The translations under genes were made by a program, and so were the position numbers. From positions 12,240,153 to 12,304,152 of the forward strand of contig CM082587.2 in NCBI GenBank assembly GCA_040954595.2: 64,000 nucleotides of DNA. The letters are read 5' to 3'. Below the pieces are notes generated by a model, which worked only from the letters and a program-made list of their open reading frames with translations, was not told the origin of the DNA and ran no database searches. The DNA is from Balanoglossus misakiensis (taxonomy: Eukaryota > Animalia > Hemichordata). How positions within the stretch are numbered: the stretch's first letter is position 1; every line of letters begins with the position of its first letter. This document shows, piece by piece, positions 52,104 through 64,000 of the stretch.

Positions 52104-52766
52104 GGTGTCCTGAGAAGTCAACCAGTATGAGAAGTCGGTCTCGGCCAGTACGAGAAGTCGGCCTGTGGGAGAGAACCCTGGTACTTTGTGTTATATATAA
52201 CTGTTTCACTACGAAATGTTTCCTTGATGTACAGGAGCTGAGATATTTGTACAAATAGCCGATGAATTTTAAAACTGTCTGTTCACTTTTCATGTACGTC
52301 ACCGGGGTACGTCAACATCAGTCACCTGCACTTCTTGAGCTGCGCCAGTAGTCTGTTCCTTGTCACGTTTGTTTGTTTGTTTGGTGTTGTCTCAGAAAGT
52401 ATGAATATACACATACATCTTCTATGTATTTTAGTAGGCTTTGAAACAACTCCCTTTAATCAGAAATGTCACAGGAATTTGGCGAACAACCTAAGCTCCT
52501 TATGCGGATACGGGGCTGGGGAACTGGTACGGATGCCAGACGCCATTATTTGAAATGACGCCATTGTGTTGTCAAGAATTTGGGAAATCCGTCCAAATGA
52601 AAATATTTAGTGCAATTATATTTTATTAAGTGTTGTTATAAGTAATCTGGGTCATTACTGCACTATTCGGGTACAAGTTCAACAACTGGCCGACTTCTCA
52701 TACTGGCCGACTTCTCATGCGCGCGAACTGGCCGACTTCTAATCTGGCCGACTTCTCATGTATTCC
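52104..52766. mobile_element. MITE with iterated subterminal GAGAAGTCGGCCAG motifs (also <1-658; left halves only at 16754-16991 and 32502-32739)
   Basis: Three left-arm motifs and four inverted right-arm ggccgacttct motifs, flanked by the direct repeat (c)tatacat (7-8 bp). Superfamily uncertain (MULE/Merlin-like). Confidence 0.78.
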
Positions 52767-52804
52767 TATACATTATTGAAAATTGGGCAAACTGGTGTTT
52801 TCAG

Positions 52805-55800
52805 ACAACTTATGAAGTCCTTGTCTCAATGGAGGTACCTGCCAACAACAGGTAAATTCTTGTACTGCCACAATTTGCATGTGCACAGAGTGTTACTAGG
52901 GAACCAGTTGTGAGACAAGTAAGTTTGAATCTGTAGCAGTTAATAATGATAATTATCATTTTTTTATTATGATTTAAACTTCACTGATGTTGTACAAACA
53001 CAAAAATAGAAAGGAATAGCAGCTTAGCTCTATTCCGTTTCGAAAGTTTTTGTTCTTTTAAACTACCTGTGCATTTTTTTTATTTATTCTGATTATGCTA
53101 ATATGCTAATTTGTCGGTTTGTCACATCACAATTTTTGAAGGAAACTCACCCCTGATGATCATGGAAAATTTGACCCTTTTCCTTGCAGGACTCAACCAG
53201 TGTCAACCAAATCCGTGCCAGAATGGTGGCTTCTGTCAACCGGCTCGAAATTCCTGCTTTGATCTCACCTGCATATGTACTGGTTGCTACAAAGGTGATA
53301 GGTGTGAGATATGTAAGTATACAGCGCAGTCTCATTCAAATACTGCATGTTTCCTGAGCATAGGTGTAGCCATCACCACAGCAGAGCTTGGAGAGTTCTT
53401 GACATCGAATGCAAGATTACACTCTTTCCAATCAAAATCACTTTCGTGGCGCATAATGTCTTGATTGTCTTGGTTCAAGAAACATTATGCGCGACTGGCC
53501 AATTTTACTGCCTTTTGTCAACACACATCCACTATGGAAATTCTCACTCCAGGCCAGATAGTGTAAATTTACATATGAGTCTACAGGTGTGCTTGAAGTC
53601 AAGTCAAGCATTTGCAAGGAACCCTCCTCCAGTACACAGGTCTTTGATTTCATGAAGGGAAGCCCTTGCCTCACAGTCACTGCCATGTGATCTATGGAGG
53701 TGTGAACAACTTGATACCAGCCTAATATAAGTTGTAGGCACAATCACTCCACACACCCTTGCCATAATTCTGCAAGGTTTTTGCCATATCTGTACTGTAG
53801 AATGAGTAGCAAGGAATAAAATGGCGTCCTTTCTTAATTTCCAGTGCAAAACCCCTGTGATCCCAACCCATGTATGAATGGTGGATTTTGCCAGCAAACA
53901 TCGTGCAATTTCTATTCATGCCAGTGTGTGAACTCTTACACAGGTGACATCTGTCAAACCATAGACCCTAGAGAAAGAAGGGCGAGCAACTGCGGCAAAG
54001 ATCAAAGGGTTTGGGGATTATCTGTATGATGATGTTTTTTGTATATAATTAACACCCAGGACAGTCGGACAATGACTTCCTTACTTCGGCACGTGTCGAC
54101 CCCACCAGTGATGCGAAAACTTGCCACCAAACTGGCACTACTGCATTTCAGCAGCCACTGCGTTTTTTTCTAAAATTCTAAAAGTATTACGATGTCTGTG
54201 CTAATTATTATGGTTTGGTGTTCGTCTGTCGGTTGAACGGTCATTTCTAGTGCCACAAGCTTCATTTAAAAATTGTAAACAAATCATCCATGTTTTTTGC
54301 ATGTCCGACTGGGCACTCATATTTCTTAGTAACGCTGACACTTTTCGTAATAATTTTATGTTTGCGTGAAGCATTGAAATAAAAATTGTGGTTTAGGGGC
54401 ATTTTATTTCGCAGTGCGTGAACAATAAAACAGATTTCACGAAAACAATTTGTAAACAAACTGGGTGGATTATCATGTGTGCGCTATGGCCGCCAGGCAA
54501 CCCTCGGTACGGTTAGCTCACAGCCTTGTGAAATACCCGGACTGTTAGACAAAAGATGCTTGTTTTGGACGCTGTCAGACTCAGATTCAAATTCCTGTTT
54601 AACTTGTCCAGATGTGTTCCATAAATAATCGCTGCGTTCAACCACGTTGCAGTTTTCTCGTCTTCTGTGAGATGTTCTGAGGTGTTGTGATAACTTCACA
54701 CAAAACACGAGACTTTGCGTTAGTTTATACACAGTTTATTTGCAAATTGGATTATTGGGATTTATCTGGAAATAATGTATGCAAAAGAACATCATTTCAA
54801 GAAAAAACTGGAGTTGCGCGTCCTTCTTTCTCTAGGGTCCATGGTCAAACAAGTGAGTATATACTTTCAAGACACCCTGCAAACAAACAAGCCATCTTCA
54901 TTCCGTAGATCTTTTAAGCTTATTTATACATTGTAAATTTTGATGTGAAACTTTATTGGTCTTGTTGCCAAACTTCTGAAGAAATGAGGATATTGTTTTG
55001 AAGGGTATTTTATCAGTAGGTAACAAATACCATGGCCCTCCATGCAAATACCCACATGGTAAATTAAAACTGTTACAGATGTATTTGATTTCCACATATT
55101 GATTACATGTGGGATAATATTGGGTGCTGGCAGTTTCAGTAAATGAACTGCTCTTAAAAGTTGGGCGTCAGGGCACCCTTGATTTTGCCTGTTCCAAGTT
55201 AGAATAGTCTGTCCATATGAATATTTGTTCAGCAAGTTACAAGCAATCTTTTAAGTTTGGAATGAAAAAATAGTGAAATGACTTGTGATGTTAATATGCA
55301 ATTGTTGGTTGATTTACATGCAACCCCCAGGACTCGATCAATGTTCTCCCAATCCGTGCATGAACAACGGTATCTGTGAGCCAATCAGTGGATCGTGCAG
55401 TGCGTTTACCTGTCGCTGTCAAGGCTGTATCATTGGAATCACCTGTGACCAAGGTAAATTTATCAGACGAGGAACTGTTTTTCCCCCCTCATACCGGTAT
55501 ATTTGTCATAGCTGGCAGCTATGAAATTACCTGTATATTTAGGATGTGACAAACCAAATAGGCACTTTCAGGAATTGAGTCTTTTTTGCAATTACTAAGT
55601 CCTAAACTCCCAAAAGTATAATAAGTAATTCTTATTGTTCAGTTATACATTAAGGAGGCTTAGTTATAGGAGAACCCGATAGAACCACAGCTGTCAGAAT
55701 GGTGGAAACTGTGTGCTGACGCCCAATTGGTGTACTGAATTCACATGCTCCTGTACAAGCTGTTACTCCGGCGATTTATGTCAGACATGTGAGTGATTTT

Positions 55801-58800
55801 AAATTTCAGACGAAGAGGAACATAATAACATAACACATAATCGGCTTGCAGTTGGTTTCTTCCAACCTGTATCAAACAGTGAATAACGACACAATTTTGG
55901 GGAAATTTATTAAGAATGTGTGTGCCATAAAAGGGGATTGTGTATTTGACCAAACAACAACCTGCACCGTATGGTACACTAAGACACTATTACACCTGTG
56001 TCAAAATTTCATTACGTTTCTTTTGTTGAACATGGAAGAAATTTGTCACAGTGATGTTCTGTTGACCAACTGAGATTTTTACCACTCAACCCTGACTGCA
56101 CAAATCTGTTTAAAGTATATGTAGTAAATATTAACTGTACACAATTTATATCACTTTCTCTTCTGTGCACAGATTTGAATCCGTGTCAGCCCAACCCTTG
56201 TCTAAACAGTGGATTCTGCCAGCAAGTGTCCTGCACCGAGTTCAGATGCCAGAGTTCGCGCTGTTTCATCGGAACCACGTGCGCTGAACGTAAGCAAACC
56301 AGTGTCAGATTTGCCGCACAAAGTAGAAATCGCTGGGCTTTGTCATTGATATTGTCTCAATAAAGTTGCCTGTGATTGTGCAGCTAACCAAGAGACTTAT
56401 ATGCACTACCGTAGCCATGATGTATACTTTCATTGACTCAAATGCTCATCAGAGTAGATGTTGCTATTTTTCCAACCGTAAATTGAAACATCAGAAAGTT
56501 ATGACATCAACTACCCCCACCCCCACCCCACCCCACCCCCAACTAGTAAATATTATAAGATGCTGTAATTATGATAAAGATGGTAGCACCAAGCTTGGAT
56601 CAAGTGGTCTTCATTATCCTTCACACATGAACATGATCACACGGATGTGCAATCTTCTGACAGTCTGCTACAGATTTCACTTCCCACTCAAGTGTGTAAG
56701 ACCCTAATGTGATACTTTTCATTTCTCTCACCCTTAGCGATCAACCAGTGTCTTCTAAACCCATGTCTGAATAACGGAGTGTATCAGCCACTTCAAGGCT
56801 CCTGCTCAATCTACACCTGCAACTGTCCAACCTGCTACACTGGGCAAACATGTGTTACATGTAAGTCACAAGTTTTTAGGTCCCATTGGTATGTACCATG
56901 GGACCTTATGGGATTGGTTACGTCTGTATGTATGGATGGATGGATGGATGGATGTATGTCTGTATGTCCGTCCACATCGAAAACTTGAAAACCGCAGCGC
57001 GTATGACCTCGATATTTGGCGTGTAGATGCAGGCAGGGCTGTAGATGGGAGTTGATTTGAAAATTGGTATGCATGTACCTTATATCAACCTCATACCTCA
57101 TACAATCCTGTATGTTTTGAGCTAATATTATCGATTTCCTATTTTTTTTGCATTTTTTTGTATTTTTCCATGTTATTGGTAAAATGTCTTTGAAATTTAG
57201 TATGAAGCCTCCTAATGTTGTCTAAGTAACCATAGTTTTGTTCAAATTGTTGCAAAATTTGCATATCTATAATTTTGAGCAATATTTGCCATTTTTGGTC
57301 AAAAAATGTTTTTCTTTAAAACCTCATGCCAGATTGCTTTCCAATTTGGTAGGCATGTTCGTAGGGGTAACCTAAATAATATGTTGTAAAAAAAAAAGAT
57401 ATTTGCATAAATGTGTTATCGGGGAAACTTTTGCAATTTTTGTCAAAAATTGTTTTCTCTGAAACCGCTTGTCCTATTGCATTGAACTTAGGCAGCATGT
57501 TCCTTGTAGTGATTGAAGTAAGATATTGTACAATTTTGGTGATATTTGCATATTTGTGTTTTTGCCACTTTTGAACAAATATTTTCTGTGAAACTGCTTG
57601 TTGGATTGCTTTGAAATTAGTTTTTTCTCTGATTGCTTTGAAATTTAGGATATAATTTCATAACACATACCTGTATATGTGCAACTTTTATTCAGTTCTG
57701 AGATCAGAAAGATTAAATATTTAGCGAGTTTTTTTGGTAAGTTTCTTAGTTTTTGGTTAGCAAATCTTCTCCTAAACAAATTGTCCAGTTGTTTTTAAAG
57801 TTACTATTTACAAGGAGTTGTTACCTCGAACAAAGACATGTTTACATAACTTAAATAGGCCAGCTGTTACAGAGACCACCAGCTATCAAATTTTAATTAC
57901 CAGTGGCAGGTCAGTGTGTGTCTGTTCCAGGGCTGACTGAAAGAAGTTGCTTCGCATATGTGTTTGTACAGACAATTTTTGGTCATTTTTTTTCTAGCAC
58001 CACTTGTAAGACTGCCATGACACATGACAGTTTATTGGGCATGTTCCTTGTTAATGTTTTTACATTCCATATTTCTATATGGTCAGATCATATCTGCTTG
58101 CAAATGTCACCTGTAATTTTTATTCTGGTGTGTCACTGTTTCCGCATAATCCTCAAATGTCATCAGATCTCCGAATGTGATGAAAACAGTGTGTTTTGAG
58201 TGTTTTTTAAATGACCTTTTGGGTTAAAAGTGGCAAAAATGGCAATTTTGTCTTGAAAGGGGTCAATAAGACTGACTTTTTTGGAATCAGCACCATTTTT
58301 TACATTGAATGGACTAGTCTGCTCAAACTTTCCTTACCAACAATTCTGTTTAATCTTCTGTAACATGTATACTAGTATACATGTAGCTGCCTGATAGTTT
58401 GCCCTGCGTGTGTAATTGCTGAGTGACATAACGCATTCTGTGATTGGTGCAGTCACGTAACCACCAATAAGATCGCTTGTTATAAGGAGAACTGCACGAC
58501 CTTTAACCGCATTAGCATACCTGATTTTTAGGGCTCGATATTACCTCTGAGGACGCAATATTTAAGTTGAAGTTTTTTTTCTTTTATCATATTAGAGCAA
58601 GAAGACTTGTTTTTATGTAAAAGAAATAAACCTTAATATACAGAGTGCATTTTGAAACGATAGGCAGGTCCGGCCCATAGCCTAATTCTTCATTTTTCTG
58701 TCATGCGTAGGAATTGATCAGTGCTAACAACCCATGTCAAAATGGCAGCACTTGCCAACCCTAACCTCGTGTGGGGCATTGACGTGCACCTGCCAAGGAT

Positions 58801-58826
58801 GCTATACTGGGAGCGCTGTGAAAATT
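52805..58826 (+). pseudogene. EGF-repeat pseudogene fragment, copy U4 (four exons and part of a fifth deleted)
   Basis: Has the first four exons, then a deletion junction at ~55694 into the middle of the exon equivalent to U1 5594-5716. Confidence 0.9.
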
Positions 58827-59313
58827 GTCAGTCAGTTTCTTTTGTCAAATTAATCAATATGTGTGGGACTGCTATACATGTATATAAAACAGAATACTGC
58901 GATGGAAAATTCTATAACTTAATGTTTCACTGGATATATGACTTAAAGTTAGCAGGATGCAGTGAATTCAACAGAAAGTGTAATTTCCTCTTGTGTGAGC
59001 TCTGTGCGACTGTGCCAATGAAAATCTCACCACAAACAAAAATGACAGGTATACACTGTATATTAGCAGCTTTGTCTCTGTAATAGCCATAGTGTTTTGA
59101 AGTTGAAAACTTGCAAAGTGTGCAGTTTTATTCACACTACAAAGGAAACATTGTTGAAACGGATTATCTGTGTACATTGTCAAACTGTACACTTGTCGCG
59201 AGATTTATTCTCAATTATATTATATCATGCTACCGTCCGCAATTCTGATTGGACGAGAGCTAAATCCAGCGATGCTAAAATACTCAATAATGCACTGCTG
59301 ACAGTGGTAAAAC

Positions 59314-60513
59314 GGGCTTTCTGTTTGCCACATGGGTTTGTTCTTTAGGTTGTTGTATGTGTTTACACTCATCATGTTTATAGTAGAACCAGGGTCGATC
59401 AGTGAGGCAACTGCTGTTTGTTCTATCTGCACTGTTACTTGAGGCCTCCTGCCATTTGATTGTTGTTCAGTGAAGCAGTATTCATCTCCCGAGCTGTCTT
59501 CCACTTTATGCACAGCTTTGACAGTTTCATCCTTGTCTACCCTATTTGCCTTGTCTTTTGATCGGTAGCATTTGGCAAAATAGTTAGGTTTGCCACACTT
59601 CCTGCATGACTTGCCTTTAGCTGGACATACTGAGTCATGTGGATAGGTGCCACCACAATAATAACAAGTGGACGGTCCTTTCGCTGGCTGCTGATGAGCT
59701 CTCTTTTGTTTATTTGGTTTCGGGCGTTGGTGGCGCTGTTTTCTGACCGCATTCACAGATGCCGTATCTGCACCATAATTTTGGGTTTTCTCCTCAATCC
59801 CACTAGCCTGAACCTCTGATACCTCAAATGAACAGGCTGTACTCAGTAGATTCTCTAGTGTCGTCTCCTCCCGAAGTGCACGACGTCTGAGACGGGCTGA
59901 TGTGAATCCTCGTATGATTTGTGATTTGACCTCTTGATCCTTATTGGTGAAGTCACATATGTTTCTGCTAGGCGTTGCAAACAAGTGTGATAGGCATCAA
60001 TCGATTCGCCGTTGTTTTGTATGGTGTCTCTGAAGATAAATCGTTCGTATTCAATGTTCCGTTTGGGTGAGAAGTATGACGAAAGCTTTAATTTGGCTGT
60101 TTCACAGCTAGTTCCTGTATCTGGTAGAGTATCAAAGAAGTCGGAAACTTCCTCACCTGCCCAGTGCAATAGCAGTGCACGTTGTCGCTTGTCATCTGTA
60201 ATGTTGAATGCGACAAATGCGTTTTCTACTCTAGCCATGTACTTTTTCCATCTCGTACTGGTGGTTGTCGGGTCTGAATGAACAGGAAAACTCGGCATTG
60301 ACGGCTAGCTGATTCTCCATGTTCTCCGTCCTCGTCGCCAAATATAGAATCGTTGGTGGGCAATAATGACAACACGAGACACCAAGTCCGGCATGTAAGA
60401 GTGAGAGTGCCTAGCCTAGTTCACGCACTTTATTCATAATGACCCGAATGTTGCATTACGTCATTTTACAGAATGTATAAAGTATAGATGCTCACTAGTG
60501 TTTGGACACTACA
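59314..60513 (-). mobile_element. gag: Gypsy remnant, copy U4
   Basis: Same element at offset 49984. Confidence 0.9.
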
Positions 60514-61029
60514 ATATACATGTGACTGCAGTGTCTTTCCAATCATGAATTTGCAAGGTGTCCTTCGGAGAAAATCTTCTGATTCTCTTTTCTGATTTGC
60601 TTTGCATATTTAACTTAATGATCTCATTTGTTGGAATTCCCTGTCTCAAATTTTTGATGATCAGTCTCTGCCCCATTGCTCATCGTCCCAACTTTCTGAT
60701 GATATATGGATGATATATGGGATCAAATCTTTGGTCGTGTATTTGCTACAAATGGTAGGTATTGGTTCGTGATTGAGTCTTTGTGTTGTATATTTGGGGT
60801 CGCAGTGGTATGAGTTTGGATTTATGCCAATCTTTAAGTTAAGTGTTATTTGGGTTGCCGTTGAGCATTGATGGCTTGATAAGTGGGGCTAGGGTCAATT
60901 TTGATTGGGTTTGGATTGTTTGGGCTATGATAGGTTGGGTGATGGCTAGGATTTGTGGTGGGTATAAGGTGTGGTGTAAGAGATGGAGGCATTATGGGGT
61001 CTGGTGAGGTTTTTGTGAAGGAGGCCATG

Positions 61030-63018
61030 GTGGCTGCAGAATTCAGGGCATGCTGTAGCGGTTGAATGCATGATGATGGTAAACCACAGAGTATTGCATT
61101 GCAGTAGTCCAGTTTTGATGTGATTAGAGCATGAACCAGCATCTGGCAAACTTCCTTAGTGAGGTAACGGCGAATGTGGCTGATTTGACGCAGATGGAAG
61201 AAAATTGACTTGCAAATTGCATTAATGTGCTTATTGAAAGTGTAATTGTCGTCGAATGTCACACCTATATTCCGTGCAGAATTCACAATTTGAACACAAC
61301 ATGATCCAATGCTCATGTGGTTTATGGGACGAGGCGAGCGGTTGAACTGAGACCTTATCAGGAGTACCTCGGGTTTGCCAACATTTAGTTGAAGTTTATT
61401 ATGTGTCATCCAGGTTTTTATTTCGTGAACTGCCCTTTCCATCTTGTCTAATGTACTTATGGTGTCTAACTGGAAGAAATATTGGTATAGTTGGTTGTCA
61501 TCGGCATATTGGTGAAAATTGATGTTGTGGTGACAAATAAGTTGAGCAAGTGGTTGGATGTAGCTGCAGAACAAAAGTGGGCCAAGCACTGAACCGTGTG
61601 GTACTCCATATTGTAGATATTGAGGTTCTGACATTGTGCCATACAAACTGCTGTCTGTTCTTAAGATATGATGAGAACCATTGTAGTGCGATGTTGGTGA
61701 TGCCCAGTTTTGATAACCTTGAGATGATTGTGTCGTGATCTATGGTATCAAACACAGAGGAGAGATCGAGGAGAACCATGAGTACACATTTACCGGCATC
61801 CAGTGCCATACAAATATCGTTGTTGACTTTAGTAAGTGCTGTTTCGGTACTGTGATCCTTTCGGTACGCTGACTGCAGTGGTTCTTGTAGTGAGTTGGTA
61901 GTCAAATATGATGTCAGTTGTTGTGCTACAATCTTCCCGATTACTTTTGACAGGAAGGTTAGGTTTGAAACTGGTCTATAGTTCTTGAAAATGTTTTTGT
62001 CGAGCGAAGGTTTCTTGAGTATATTGGTGTGATGACTGCTATTTTAAGTTATTCAGGAACAGTTCCAGTTTTGAGTGACAAATTGATAATTGTGGCTATG
62101 ATAGTGAGCAGATTACCAAGACATTGCTTATCAAGTGCTGTAGGGATGAGATCAAGTACACGTGTTTTAGATGGAGACTGACGGGTTGGTTATAAGCTGA
62201 TATGGCTGAGGAGAGGTCATTTGGAGGCTAGGACATTTGATGTATTTTGTCGAGATCATGGCTGAAACTATCAATTGAAATGGCAGATATGACGATAAGA
62301 TATTTGACGTCTACTGTGTGTTGGTTTCGGAAGAGCAAGTTTTGCATTGACAGGATTGTGATCAGAGAGTTCCAAGCAGTCTACAGAGACACTCTTGATG
62401 TTAGACGCAGAGTTAGATAAGATGAGATCAAGAGTATGACCCTTTCTGTGTGTTGGTTGTTGGACCCATTGTTTCAGATTACAGGCGCTGATGATTCCAT
62501 TGAATTTCTGTGTTACTGGATTCTTATCATCTTCTAGGTGAATATTGAAATCTCCTACGATGAAGAGATTACTTGAGCAGGTGACATACTTCTCAAGTGT
62601 TGTACTGAACTCTTCCATGAACTGTGGTGCGGTGAATTTATTATTAACTGATGGTGGTGGACGGTAGACAAGAATTATTTTCATGGAAAGTTTCTGGTGA
62701 AGAATAGTTGCTTCCGCTGCCTCAAAAGATTTAACAGAGAGAATAGGCTTCCAAGCTGTTTATTTTAGTGCTAGCTTATGAATTTAAGCTAAGCCTCCAC
62801 CGATCTTGCCAACCCCAGGTAGATATTTGACAGCATAGCCTGGTGGTGTACATTCAGCCATTACGTGTTCGTCACCAGATTCCTTCAACCATGTTTCAGT
62901 GAGTACAAGAATATCAATTTCTTTATCTGTGATGTAGTCTGCAATGTCTAATGATTTGCATCTAGCTGAGCGGACATTCCATGTAGAGAGTACAAGTTCA
63001 CACGTATTGTGGAAAGGG
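61030..63018 (-). mobile_element. LINE remnant, copy U4
   Basis: Same haplotype as U3. Confidence 0.93.
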
Positions 63019-64000
63019 TGGATCTTGAATACTGCATAGTCACTCTTCAATAGATATTTAGTGACTCGCTAACTGTTGCGATTCGTGTGTGTGTAATTTA
63101 CGTACTTCAAGTTAAATATCGCAACTAGCCGTAATGTTTGACTAGGGGGAGCACCTATACTAATGCGAGTACCAGGGATTGAAAGTTGCACCTGTATTTT
63201 GATCCCTTAGTTACCCTTATAAGTACATTTGTAGTTTAATAACCATAGTTCTATTGCAAACCATTCTTTCCGTAGTTTCTTGTTTCAAATATTGTAATCT
63301 GAATTTATTATGATGTTTAACAGGTGTGATTATCTGTATTTGCGGCCATTTTGAAAAAAAATTGGTTGCCATGGAAACTCTTCAACAGATATTTAGTGAC
63401 TCGCTATCTGAATTTGTTCAGTACTCATTAACACACATCTGAGCCAAGTTTGGTGCTTTTATCACAAAATACACAATCGATATGAAAATTTGGGTTTTGG
63501 TGCTCCACTACCTAAGTAACATTAAGGATGTACGTTCAATAAAATGGAAAGTATTGTCATTTTTTTTAATTGTGGATTTTTTTATTCTCTTTTGTATGTA
63601 TAATGAAAATCCGTAATAAAATATAGGGGTCACCGCGCTTGTTTTTGAAATACAGAGCCATGAAATTGGTCGATAATAGAAGAAATCTGCTGACTCAGCA
63701 TTTTTCACCAATGGTTTGTTTGTCTATGGCCAAAATTTCTTAATGCAATTTATCTCAAAAAAGAGCGCGGTGACCCCTATATTTTATTTGACCAATGAAT
63801 TTATATTTGCTGGACTGAGCTATGTGTAAAATTTCGAGAAAATAACAATAGTAGAAGTTTGTTTTCTGGCGATTATCAATGTAATCCTATGGAAAAAAGA
63901 CCGGACACGCAGTGTTTCCGGTTTATGTTCTGCACGTACATCCTTGATGAAGTTTGCTGGCTAGAGGGCTCCTAAACCTCCTTAATATTTGACGTCTTCA

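Larger units (their letters stand above)
32511..52112. repeat. Tandem unit U3 (19602 bp)
   Basis: Same unit plus a 1817-bp insertion and two extra 1238-bp copies. It lacks U1 230-1323, a 518-bp segment and a 63-bp segment near 51730-51775. Confidence 0.98.
52113..64000. repeat. Tandem unit U4 (partial, runs off window)
   Basis: Same unit with a 2185-bp deletion at ~55694 and a ~97-bp deletion at ~57053. Confidence 0.98.

Overview
AT-rich, intron-containing eukaryotic DNA, probably from a marine invertebrate (organism is inference only). The whole window is a head-to-tail tandem array of a ~16-20 kb unit: U1 1-16762, U2 16763-32510, U3 32511-52112, and partial U4 52113-64000. Each unit carries (i) up to 12 phase-1 single-domain exons of a decayed gene with an unusual 8-cysteine EGF-like repeat, (ii) five exons of decayed CPAG-type (GCC2/GCC3, ephrin-receptor-like) Cys-rich repeats, (iii) a truncated Ty3/Gypsy element (LTR, tRNA-Ser PBS, gag, protease), (iv) a broken L2/CR1-group LINE, and (v) several non-autonomous DNA transposons. 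The stops and frameshifts I checked recur in every copy that retains the exon, so inactivation preceded amplification. Copies differ by deletions, a nested 1238-bp triplication and one young insertion. That insertion is a 1817-bp TTAA-flanked Kolobok-type foldback element with 636-bp inverted arms around a remnant of a KolX/P2X7-ballast-like Zn-binding ORF. No intact complete protein-coding gene, rRNA, tRNA or CRISPR array was seen. All comparisons were made by eye.
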